Below, piece after piece: positions 17,768-27,136 of a DNA stretch of 60,854 nucleotides (position 1 is the stretch's first letter; every line of letters begins with the position of its first letter). This stretch comes from Bdellovibrionales bacterium RIFOXYD12_FULL_39_22. Lineage in GTDB: Bacteria > Bdellovibrionota > Bacteriovoracia > Bacteriovoracales > Bacteriovoracaceae. The translations under genes were made by a program, and so were the position numbers. Under the pieces are notes generated by a model. That model searched no databases. It was not told the origin of the DNA and saw only the letters and a list, made by a program, of their open reading frames with translations. The stretch lies in NCBI GenBank assembly GCA_001770205.1, contig MEQL01000004.1, positions 1-60,854 on the forward strand. Direction: 5' to 3'.

Positions 17768-19480
17768 ATGAATAATTTTAAATATATCCTTATTTTAATA
17801 CTGATAGTTGCACCAGAACTGTTTGCTATGAATAATACTGGCGGTGGAGGCTCAACTGTCGGCAATGGCGGTGATTTTGTCTCTTCTAAATTCATTCTAG
17901 AGGCTTACCACATAGCAGACATTGTGAAAGCAAATCCTGAAATTAATCTACCGGCAGACTTTTCAGAGATACAGGAAAAGCTGGTTAAAAAAATGATTAT
18001 GGTGGTAACCATCGAGGAACAACTCTTTGATAAGTTTGGAAGGCCGGTTGACGCTCTTAATTTCCCAGGCGGAAAATTAAATAAACAACCTCCGATACTA
18101 GATCTGAAAGAAAATGAACAAACGACACCACTGATTATTCTTAGCAAAGAAGTTTGGATGGACTATTTTAGAAATAACAATTTCTTAGTACCGCTAGTTG
18201 CGCATGAATTTCTGGGAGTGCTTGGTGTTGACGATGATAATTTTGTCTACTCCAAAAAACTTCTTCGTTATGGGCCATGCAAAGAAGTTAATGGAAAAAT
18301 GGTGTGTGCAAACTATTTTCCTCTCATCGAAGCAGTAAAAGTTGGAGATGTTGATAGAGCGGCCTTCCTTGTCAAAAATGGGATTGCCCTGGATACCGCA
18401 GATGATAGTGGAAAACGTGCCGGCAACTACGCTTGGGAAAATCACGACATTGAGATGATAAAACTCCTGCACACTTATGGTGCAACTACGATAACTTCTG
18501 ACGGCCAAAAAACTTTTTTACGTCGCGCCGTTTGGACAATGAATAATTTTAACGAGGATCCAAATACTAATCCAGATAGATATGCGCCCTTTGAGATTGA
18601 AGAGTATAATTTTTCAAAAGAGCTCGTATCGGTTCTAATGGACATTGAGACCGTTGATTACTTTAAAGAAACTCTCACTGATGCGTTAATGGAGGCAACT
18701 TCATTTCAAACTCTAGATTATATAATCCCTCTCGTAGATAGAGGCGCGGAAATAACAACACCATCGCCCTGGGGTGTTTCTCACCAGTATAACAAATCGC
18801 TAATACACTCGCTCATGCGAAAAATTTGGAGCCTACCCCCGTTTACTAATGCCGGCGATCTCTACATTGCAAAGGTTATAACTATTTTTCGGTATGTTTT
18901 AGAAAAAAATAATTTTGATTTCGAGGCCTCTACCGATCCTCACAATGAGAGGGTTTTGGATATGATAAATCCACTCTACGATTATGAGCTTGCTAAGGTA
19001 TTTTTTGAGTTTGGCGCTAACCCTAACTTTCAAAGAAACTCATACTCATTCTATGGTAATATCGCCTACCCTTTTGGCAATGGTTCCACCCTCCTGATGT
19101 TAAGTGCCTTGATGGGGGCCACTAATTTTGTAAACCTTCTTGTTGATCATAGTGTTGATTTAGCTTTTCTTGATAAAGATGGAAATGATCCTTTATACTT
19201 TGCAATTTATGGTACTTGGCAATTTAAAGAGAGAGTTGATTCCTCTGCGGTTGATACTATTTCCACACTTATTAGCGCATACAAGTTTCGTGGAATTTCC
19301 ATCAATCGCTTAAACAATTTTGGCAAGTCAGTCTTAGATCTCGCCGAAGGAATGTTTAAAACATATAGTAAGAAACCTGGTGAAGAAGAGTATTACACAA
19401 GGATGAAGGAAATTATTAAGCTCCTGCTTGATAATGGTGCTTGCCGAACCACGGGCCTATTCAATCGTTGCAGGAAATAA
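17768..19480 (+). CDS. exported ankyrin-repeat protein with N-terminal GGxxVGNGGD motif
   Basis: AAGGAG RBS; signal peptide; ankyrin-like units PLIEAVKVGD, GSTLLMLSALMG, GNDPLYFA and GKSVLDLA..IIKLLLDNGA. Confidence 0.8.
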   Translation: MNNFKYILILILIVAPELFAMNNTGGGGSTVGNGGDFVSSKFILEAYHIADIVKANPEINLPADFSEIQEKLVKKMIMVVTIEEQLFDKFGRPVDALNFPGGKLNKQPPILDLKENEQTTPLIILSKEVWMDYFRNNNFLVPLVAHEFLGVLGVDDDNFVYSKKLLRYGPCKEVNGKMVCANYFPLIEAVKVGDVDRAAFLVKNGIALDTADDSGKRAGNYAWENHDIEMIKLLHTYGATTITSDGQKTFLRRAVWTMNNFNEDPNTNPDRYAPFEIEEYNFSKELVSVLMDIETVDYFKETLTDALMEATSFQTLDYIIPLVDRGAEITTPSPWGVSHQYNKSLIHSLMRKIWSLPPFTNAGDLYIAKVITIFRYVLEKNNFDFEASTDPHNERVLDMINPLYDYELAKVFFEFGANPNFQRNSYSFYGNIAYPFGNGSTLLMLSALMGATNFVNLLVDHSVDLAFLDKDGNDPLYFAIYGTWQFKERVDSSAVDTISTLISAYKFRGISINRLNNFGKSVLDLAEGMFKTYSKKPGEEEYYTRMKEIIKLLLDNGACRTTGLFNRCRK

Positions 19481-19481
19481 A

Positions 19482-19612
19482 ATCCAAAACCCAGTGTAGT
19501 TTATTTTCAACTTCCCAATGGCCTCGAACTGCATGCAACATCTCTTCCGCTGAACCACTACTGCTGCTGATATAATAACGCTTCTCATTGCTAACAACGC
19601 CTGTTTTGATGG
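19482..19612 (-). mobile_element. ISAs1-family transposase remnant
   Basis: EKRYYISS..AEEMLHAVRGHWEVENKLHWVLD matches the conserved ISAs1 C-terminal block; the rest of the gene and terminal repeats were not found. Confidence 0.8.
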
Positions 19613-20025
19613 GCGTAAAAAAATTATCTGCCTCAATAAAAGTTCCATGGATTGGAAATAAAAACTTAAAATCGAGCATCTTTTAACGCAATATCTTTCA
19701 ATAGGACAAGTCGCACAGAAGCTATTAGTGGAGTATGTTGGAAATTTTAAAATGGCAAACAAGCTTGGCGCGAATTAATAGTGTTTATCAGTCTCCTACT
19801 TAACTTATTCATGAATAACTATTAGTAATGATTGGCCACAAATGTTTTTAGAAATAATTTGATATGTAGAGACATGTAAAAGGGTAAAAATAACAGTAGA
19901 TGGATTAAAAGTTACAAATTAAACGAAAAAACTCAATTAGGTAGTTTCACATAAAAGGATTATTTACGAATAACAAAAAAACTAACCTCCTTTCACATTT
20001 TTTTTACCACTTCAATCTAGGCTCC

Positions 20026-21216
20026 GTGATTGGTTTTATATTCATATCCCTATTATCCTCTTGTCTCCCCAAACCTCATATGGAGCTAAAACAATTAGCT
20101 GATTCAAAAAGTCTCCCAGACTTTATAAACTCTATCGAGCAAAAAAATACCTCCAGCGTGGTGTTGGGAGCGACATATTACATCCGGGAAGATGGCTCCG
20201 CAGCAAACAAAGCAGCGGCCACCTCCTGCGCTGCCGCCGCAACATCGATGAGCGTAGCTACCCACAACGCTGAGACGTTTGCGGTTGGTGATACCATTGT
20301 ATTGTGCGAATCCCCCGCATTTACCAGCACAATCAACCCACCGTCCAGCGGGTCTGCCTCTGGCTACATCACCTATGAGGGTGATCATGATGGCAATGGC
20401 GTAAGGGCCACGGTGACAAACGGCATATATCGACTCCTTGTAAGGATTGACTATCTAAAGATCCAAAATGTTCATTTTACGACGTCTAAAAAAGCCGTGG
20501 TCTTTTCCAGTGGCGGGAGCAATCATTGGATAAGAAATTGCCTGTTTGATTCTTTGTCGCAACAAGGAATTTTCGGAAATGGTCCTGACGCCGACAACTA
20601 TTCGCAAGACTGGTTGATTGAGTACAACATGTTTCAAAATATCGGCGTATCAACGGACAGCGCATCCGCTGATATCAATCTGTCCGGGTTTGCTAGGCGC
20701 TGGACAATGCGCCACAACACCCATGCAGGAGACGACTCTACCCATGGCGTTGATGGGGTGACATTCTCAAACAATAACGTAGCTGGCGGTGATGGCGCCG
20801 GACATATTATTGAATACATGAATTGCTCAAATTATTATGAAAATTGTGTTGATTTTAAGGGCGCTAAGCCTTCCTCTGGCGGAGAAGGCGGCAGTATTGT
20901 CAGGGATAGCACATTCAGCGGCAATTCTGGAACGGAGGGCCTTGCCCATATTCAATACAATTCTCGTGATGTGACGTTTGAGAGGGTAAAATTTTTAAAC
21001 ACCACAAGCAATGCTATTGCCTTAGTGGGCAAGGGAGCGGGGAACGATACAGTTGGCCATGTGACCGTTAAAGGTTGCGCTTTAATCTCAGTGGCTATTA
21101 TGACACCGCCACTATGGATTACAATATTGCTGGTTCCGATGGCCGCGATATCGGCGCGTATCAGACAAGCGAGATTAGCTTCGGCTTGCTGGATTTTTAC
21201 TAACGGGAAAGGATAG
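20026..21216 (+). pseudogene. right-handed parallel beta-helix protein, apparently internally deleted or frameshifted near 21080
   Basis: TYYIREDG..., WIRNCLF, LIEYNMF and IVRDSTF beta-helix units; the annotated tail looks off-frame, while frame -1 at 21081-21203 encodes ...GRDIGAYQ... Confidence 0.6.
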
Positions 21217-21416
21217 GATAAATAGAAGTTTGCCATGTCTTGTTCATGATTTGAAAAATTGCTGGTTGGGGGGTAACCACCGTTGATAAAAACAAATTTT
21301 TTATCCATGCTTTCAGCAAAAGACACAGATACTTTTACATGGCCATCATTAGGTGGTTGCACCCGTTGAAAGGTGAAAGAATATATCGCATGTATCGCAG
21401 AGATTTTTTCATAGTC

Positions 21417-22595
21417 CTAATGCTTGGGATTAGTTATATCTAAAATTTCTAAAATACCCTCTTTCCAAGGAAGCATTTCTATCATTTCATTTCGTTGCCT
21501 GGCACTGTCAAGTGACAGAACGAATCCGCGGGCGTTGCCAATATCCTGGGCAAAATTCTGCAGATTGCGAAGTTCACCAATATTAACTTGTGAGGTAGAC
21601 TTAATCTCGATCAACGCAATAGGCATTCCTGGACGCTCAATCACCAAATCTATTTCAGCACCATCTTTAGTTTTTAAATATCCAAAACGATAATCTTTGC
21701 GATGGTAGGTGGCGAGAGAAATCATCTGGTTGATAATGAAGGTCTCAAACATTTTTCCAAAATCATATGTTCCGGCCAGCAGTCCTAAAGAGATGGTATG
21801 ATCAAGTGCTCTCTTAACTCCCGTGTCGAAAAAATAAAACTTCGGTGATTCAATCAGACGTTTTCTAACCGAGGTATGATATGCCTCGACTATATTTCCA
21901 ACTAAAGTTCCTTCTAAAATTTCAAAGTATGTTTTCACATTATGCAGCGTTGTTCCGACTTGTTTTGCAATCGCAGTATAATTGATTATTTCGCTATTTG
22001 CTTGTGCCGCTACTTCCAAAAATTTTCTAAAGGAATCCAGATCGCGAATAAGATGTTCCGCCCATACCTCTTCTTTTAAATATGTTCTGGCATATGTTTT
22101 TAAAAATTCACTTTTAGCGATATTATCAGTAGTGGTGACAATTTTTGGTAGAGTACCGAAGGCCAAGGTGGAATTTAAATCAAATGATTCTCCAATCTCA
22201 ACATAGGTTAGCGGGAACATATTATTGACTAATGCTCGGCCGGCCAATAGATTTGCGGCCCCTCGCTTGAGCTTGCGTGCACTAGATCCGGTCAGCGCAA
22301 ACTTCGTTTGCACCGAAGGAGTCTCTATCAAGTTGTGGACGATATCTAAAAGCTTTGGACACTTTTGGATTTCGTCGACGATGATCCATTCAAACTGAGG
22401 ATCAGATAAAACTTCCCGCGAAAGCGTGTCAGGATCCCTGGCGTAGCGCTCTTCTGCTGCCCCCTCCAAAAGATTTATTACTTTGACGTTTTTAGTCGAA
22501 AAAAACTCTCGCAAAAAGGTAGTTTTACCACATCCGCGAGGACCAAAAATAAAAAAACTCTCTGTTATCAATGGATTGAGTAGTCGTTTAAACAT
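21417..22595 (-). CDS. AAA_14 ATPase with DUF4143 domain
   Basis: GPRGCGKTT, IIVDEIQK, LTGSSARKL..LLAGRA, SPKFYFFDTG and EIDLV..IEIK motifs. Confidence 0.9.
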   Translation of the reverse strand: MFKRLLNPLITESFFIFGPRGCGKTTFLREFFSTKNVKVINLLEGAAEERYARDPDTLSREVLSDPQFEWIIVDEIQKCPKLLDIVHNLIETPSVQTKFALTGSSARKLKRGAANLLAGRALVNNMFPLTYVEIGESFDLNSTLAFGTLPKIVTTTDNIAKSEFLKTYARTYLKEEVWAEHLIRDLDSFRKFLEVAAQANSEIINYTAIAKQVGTTLHNVKTYFEILEGTLVGNIVEAYHTSVRKRLIESPKFYFFDTGVKRALDHTISLGLLAGTYDFGKMFETFIINQMISLATYHRKDYRFGYLKTKDGAEIDLVIERPGMPIALIEIKSTSQVNIGELRNLQNFAQDIGNARGFVLSLDSARQRNEMIEMLPWKEGILEILDITNPKH

Positions 22596-22602
22596 TTTTA
22601 AT

Positions 22603-22631
22603 AATGTACGATCTTTTTAAAATCATGTCAA
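22603..22631 (-). promoter_or_regulatory. sigma70 promoter, probably leaderless
   Basis: TTGACA-N17-TACATT, 7 nt before ATG 22595, no SD sequence. Confidence 0.6.
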
Positions 22632-22925
22632 GGAATGTCGCTAATACGCAGTGAAGTAGTTTTTTTAGGTCTTTGTTTGGGAAGTTTTTTACGCACTCAT
22701 AGATGTCAAATGTTGTATTTTCCATTCTGGAAAGCATACTCCATCTGACGCATGAGGCCCAGTTTTAATTTTTGCAAATGGTATAACTCTAGAGTGAAAT
22801 TATTTCCCATTTTTTTTCTTTTTGAAAAAATTTGTGGCGGCATACACAGAGATGTTTATAATATAGTAGATGTGTTGGGACTTTGGCGGTTTTGTTGTTT
22901 TTTTTTAGGTTTAGGAAAAAATAAG

Positions 22926-23699
22926 ATGTGTTATCGTACTCATAGGGCAGTGTTGTTTTTTGCTCTCTCATTTTTGCTCTTGGCATTCAGCAGATTTGCT
23001 GTTGCTGACAGCGATATTAAAAACAATAGCATCTGGCAAAATAAAAAATACGCCTTGCTTATAATAGATATGCAGCACCGATTTATTGTTAGAGCTGGTG
23101 GCCATGAACTTCAAACAAATCGTGAGAAAGTATCTAAGCTCATCGATATGCAAATTGCACTTATCGAAGTGGCAAAGCAGGCCCAAATTCCCATTGTGAT
23201 TATCGAGTTTCCCGGCGCTGGAGATACGGATAAACGTCTTTTGGGCCAACTTGAAGGATATGATAAATTGAAATTTTTTGAAAAAAATGATGGCGGAGTT
23301 TTTTCGGTCCGAAACTGGACACGTGAAGAAATTATAAAATATTTTGCCCAACAGGATGTAGGAAATTTAATCATCACCGGAGCAAATGGGAGTGCTTGCA
23401 TTAAAGAGAGTATCGAAGGCGCGATGGCCATTGGATATAACATCGTTGCTTTTAGCAAAGGAATTGCGGATTTTAATTCCAAAGAATTCATATATCCATA
23501 TGAAGATATATACAATTTTGCCCCTTGCGATAAATGCACTTTTCAAGAAATAGATGAATTGGAAACTATTTCCCTCTTGTTGGCCAAATCTGGCGATGTT
23601 GGTAATATCGTGGGAGACAGAGATAATGATGGTCAAATAGGAAACGGAGATAGCGGTAGTAAGAGTGAGGATATTATAAACAATGCATTGGCCAGATAA
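22926..23699 (+). CDS. isochorismatase-family cysteine hydrolase with signal peptide
   Basis: ALLIIDMQ (Asp), FEKND (Lys) and LIITGANGSACI (Cys) triad; hydrophobic N-terminus ending FAVA. Confidence 0.8.
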   Translation: MCYRTHRAVLFFALSFLLLAFSRFAVADSDIKNNSIWQNKKYALLIIDMQHRFIVRAGGHELQTNREKVSKLIDMQIALIEVAKQAQIPIVIIEFPGAGDTDKRLLGQLEGYDKLKFFEKNDGGVFSVRNWTREEIIKYFAQQDVGNLIITGANGSACIKESIEGAMAIGYNIVAFSKGIADFNSKEFIYPYEDIYNFAPCDKCTFQEIDELETISLLLAKSGDVGNIVGDRDNDGQIGNGDSGSKSEDIINNALAR

Positions 23700-23934
23700 T
23701 CTCTAACGCCTCAATGCACCAACACCTCCCTCATCCACGCATGTTACTAGGTAAGTGGCGGCCCTTTTTTTTGTAGTGCTTCCTTCGCAGTTCAACCATA
23801 GGCCACCGTCTGAAAATTCATTTCGATAATTGGTTTTGCCAACTAAACATGGCATGAGTCCTTTTTTTAATTCTCGGGCAAAACATCGTTTTTTCAGGTG
23901 TTTATAGTGGTTAAAAAAACCAAGAGGTATTTAC

Positions 23935-23962
23935 TCAACTTTTTGGCCTATTCAGACGAAGA
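23935..23962 (+). promoter_or_regulatory. possible sigma28-type promoter
   Basis: TCAAC-N15-GACGAAGA upstream of the 24211 gene. Confidence 0.3.
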
Positions 23963-23980
23963 GGGGAGGTAGAATATTAG

Positions 23981-24035
23981 TTGAGCTTGATTGAGCTTGA
24001 TTGAGCTTGATTGAGCTTGATTGAGCTTGATTGAG
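23981..24035. repeat. tandem repeat (TTGAGCTTGA) x5.5
   Basis: Five perfect decamers plus TTGAG, followed by degenerate TT-led decamers to about 24090. Confidence 0.95.
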
Positions 24036-24210
24036 GTCGGTTAGGAGAGGTTGGGATTTTTTAGAATTGGTTATGAGAGATTGAGGTTAAATGGTTTTTA
24101 GATCTCTAAACAGCATGAGCAATTAAGTTATTAAAAAACTATCTCGTTTCTCTTGCTTGCGTGACTGTTTTTAGGGGACTAAAGGGCCAGAAAAAAACTG
24201 CTTCGGGAGA

Positions 24211-26157
24211 ATGCCTATGAAGATGCAAAAAGTTTGGGGATTTAGAATAAGAATTGTCTGTTTTTTTCTGGCGGCAGGAATTAGCTTGTTGGTGGCAGAT
24301 GATACTACTCAAAACTTACCGCCTGCTACCCCCGAAAATTGTCTATCTAACGAGCAAATTGTAGCAATTAAACAGCTGCCTAAAGAATCAAAAAAATCAA
24401 AAAAAGGTGAAGAAAAAAAAGGAAGCAACGGAAAGAAAGCTTTTGCCGGCTTTCCAAAATTGATTGAGTGTCAGGGCCTTTTAGCAACAAATGTGGAATG
24501 GAAAAGTATCTCGGAAAATCCATCAACCATGACTAAGGCTGAGAATTGGACTGGCTTTTCAGTAAGCGATAATTCGATAACATTTCTAAAAGCGAATTGT
24601 AATCGCAATCTAGAAGAAAATGAAAGCAAAGTTGATAACAAATGTAGCTCTGAATGTCCCGATAAATTGAAAAATCTGCAAGAAGATATTTCCGCTTATT
24701 TAGAGAAGGTGCAAGAGTGCGCGGGCTTTGCTGTTATTATGAAGGGCACGGATTATGATGCGGACTATAACGGATTTAAAGTAAAAAATTCTGTTGATGA
24801 TGCCATCAAGTGTGAATCACAAGGCCATATAACTCAAGATTACCCAGCGTGCGCCACAATGGTTAACTTCTATGATGGATTTTTTGTTGGGCAACAAATT
24901 GGAACTGCTGTTCAGCAAGTGGACTTCGGATTAAAGACGCAAGAGTTGCAAAAAGATGCTATGAAAAATCAGCAAGAGGGAGACTATTTGGCAGGCCTTA
25001 AAGCGCAAGAAAAGTCTGTGCGCAAACAAGCAGATCTTGCTAATCAACAAGGCGTTTTTCATGGAACAAAGCTGGCGACTCTGATGACGATGTATAAGAA
25101 AATTCCAGGGGATGACGAGATCAATGAAAAAATTCAGCCACATGAAGAAAGTATAAAACAACTATATGCTAGTCTAAATGACACATTTAAAGTTGTCACA
25201 ATATTTGGAGGAACAGATGATAAAAATAGTAGTGAATCGGAATTCCCCTCACTAGTCCTGGCCTATACCACTTTCATAAACCATCGCGGTATAATCCTGG
25301 CAAACACCAAATCCCGCGATCAGCTTCGTATGGCCATGGTTAAGGCCGGCGTAGACATGACTGTGGCGTTGGGACAAGGGGCCCTTTTAAATAACCAGGC
25401 CGACGATATTGCTGACGCTATGGGTACGATTGATGCGGCATCTTTTCCAGATTTAGCGTGGGATCAGAAAGATTTACTGGCCACAAAATGTGCCATGGAT
25501 CCAACCGCGGAAGGATGCGGACTAGTTGGGGTTGGCCAGCAACATGATATCGCCGGGGCCGACCTAACCATAAACGGCTTTGGCCCCAATGAAACTGGCC
25601 AATATGGAACCGATGGTAGTCTTCCTGTAGATCCCTCCGCAGCGGCCGCAGGAAGCGATAGCTCTTTAGATAAAGTCGGAAGCATTGTCGATAACACTAA
25701 AGATAAATCAAAAGGCGTACCTATCAATCCTCCTGGAGGATTAGTCTCCGGCGGAGGGGCCGGTGGTGGCGTACCTGGTGGGGGTGGTGGTGGATTTGGT
25801 GGCGCAGGATCTCCGGGCGGAGGCGGGGATGGTGGTGGTGGACGAGGGCCAGCAAGTGAATCATCCCTTACTGTTCCCAAATATAGCTTTGCGTCTGGAG
25901 GAAGTGAAGTAGGCTTTGCTCGCAACGGAGGGGCCAAGAGTAAGGAAGAGAATAAAAATCCTTTCAGCAATCTCTTTGGAGGAAAAAAGGATGACAAGGA
26001 CAGCAATAACGTAATGAGCTTTCGCGAGCTAGCATCAGTAAAGGAAAAAGGAAATATTTTCGAGCGCATTTCTAGACGCTATACAATTATCTCTGGAAGC
26101 AAACGGCTTTTGGAATATGAAGTGGTTGATAGCGGAAAGAGCGATCCTAATAAATAA
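24211..26157 (+). CDS. large exported hypothetical protein with Cys pairs and Gly-rich C-terminal region
   Basis: Signal peptide; helical core; Gly-rich tract; C-terminal NIFERISRRY. Confidence 0.8.
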   Translation: MPMKMQKVWGFRIRIVCFFLAAGISLLVADDTTQNLPPATPENCLSNEQIVAIKQLPKESKKSKKGEEKKGSNGKKAFAGFPKLIECQGLLATNVEWKSISENPSTMTKAENWTGFSVSDNSITFLKANCNRNLEENESKVDNKCSSECPDKLKNLQEDISAYLEKVQECAGFAVIMKGTDYDADYNGFKVKNSVDDAIKCESQGHITQDYPACATMVNFYDGFFVGQQIGTAVQQVDFGLKTQELQKDAMKNQQEGDYLAGLKAQEKSVRKQADLANQQGVFHGTKLATLMTMYKKIPGDDEINEKIQPHEESIKQLYASLNDTFKVVTIFGGTDDKNSSESEFPSLVLAYTTFINHRGIILANTKSRDQLRMAMVKAGVDMTVALGQGALLNNQADDIADAMGTIDAASFPDLAWDQKDLLATKCAMDPTAEGCGLVGVGQQHDIAGADLTINGFGPNETGQYGTDGSLPVDPSAAAAGSDSSLDKVGSIVDNTKDKSKGVPINPPGGLVSGGGAGGGVPGGGGGGFGGAGSPGGGGDGGGGRGPASESSLTVPKYSFASGGSEVGFARNGGAKSKEENKNPFSNLFGGKKDDKDSNNVMSFRELASVKEKGNIFERISRRYTIISGSKRLLEYEVVDSGKSDPNK

Positions 26158-26167
26158 TCATTTTTTT

Positions 26168-27112
26168 CTATCTCTTATAGCTGGCCAAGTGAATGGGAAG
26201 AATTTCACCTTGGAATAGTGTTCCATGGCGTAGGCCAAAGGTGGTTGTTTGCAGTGTAGAAATGGAAAGTTTTTGGCCAATTTTGCAAGCGATTTTTCCT
26301 CCGGCGGTAATGGTTTGGGCGCGCTTGCCAAGAAAGGAAAACTGCTGCTCTAAATACTCAGGAGAATGGATTTCAATACTTTTAATGAAGGCCTCAAACG
26401 CAGAAAAATTTTGACTAAAACCATTAACTTTATCGTCTTGATAGTCTTGTTTTATTCCTAGTATCATGGCCGCCAGAGAGGTCATGGTTCCCGCCGCACC
26501 AATTAGATGTTCTGTCTTATAGGTAACAAGCTCCTTGTTGGTGAGAATTTTATCAACATTAAAATCAAAGCTCTGTTCTCGCTCCCATTCGGCGGCCAAA
26601 ACGGCCCCCACGGGTAAACTAATAGAAGAGAGAATTTTAAAAGGAGAGGTTTGGACTTTGATAAATTCGGTTGAGGCACCTCCAATATCAATAATAGTCA
26701 GAACAGGGGGAATGGAAGAGGCGGTAGCGGTAGCTGTGGTTCCTTTGCAAATTCCCAAGGCGGTGTAATATGCCTCTCCGTTTCCCGTTATAATTTTTAC
26801 GTCGAAGTTAAGTTTGTTTTTTATCTGTACAAAAAAATCTCTACTATTTTCTGCCCGTCGCGCGGCCTCGGTGGCGGTTGCCAAAATATTTCTGTTGTCT
26901 ATTTTGTAAAAGTCGATGATAGTGCGATATTCATGCAGGGCCGCAAGAGTATCATTCATGGCCTCTGAACTAAAGAGCTTATTGGCCCGAATGCCTCGGC
27001 CTAATCCGGTAATATGTGCTCGTCCTTCATGTTCTCGAAATCTATTTTCATCAAACTCTGCCACAAGGAGCAGCGTACTATTAGATCCGATATCAATGGA
27101 AGCGCGAAGCAT
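26168..27112 (-). CDS. ppx: Ppx/GppA-family exopolyphosphatase (short form)
   Basis: ASIDIGSNSTLLL, ATEAARRAEN, IIDIGGASTE and GAAGTMTSL motifs. Confidence 0.9.
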   Translation of the reverse strand: MLRASIDIGSNSTLLLVAEFDENRFREHEGRAHITGLGRGIRANKLFSSEAMNDTLAALHEYRTIIDFYKIDNRNILATATEAARRAENSRDFFVQIKNKLNFDVKIITGNGEAYYTALGICKGTTATATASSIPPVLTIIDIGGASTEFIKVQTSPFKILSSISLPVGAVLAAEWEREQSFDFNVDKILTNKELVTYKTEHLIGAAGTMTSLAAMILGIKQDYQDDKVNGFSQNFSAFEAFIKSIEIHSPEYLEQQFSFLGKRAQTITAGGKIACKIGQKLSISTLQTTTFGLRHGTLFQGEILPIHLASYKR

Positions 27113-27136
27113 GAGTAACTCCGAAGAAGTTATACA

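Noticed and set aside
20952..21362. 136-aa minus-strand ORF
   Set aside because: Mostly antisense to the beta-helix gene; the non-overlapping part may be a gene scrap but has no recognisable motif
14000..23700. Integron cassette array or prophage
   Set aside because: Mixed gene orientations; no attC-like repeats, integrase or phage structural genes recognised
23981..24090. CRISPR array
   Set aside because: Contiguous 10-bp units with no spacers and no cas genes
25464..26069. Pro-rich 201-aa ORF
   Set aside because: Antisense shadow of the Gly-rich tract of the 24211 gene
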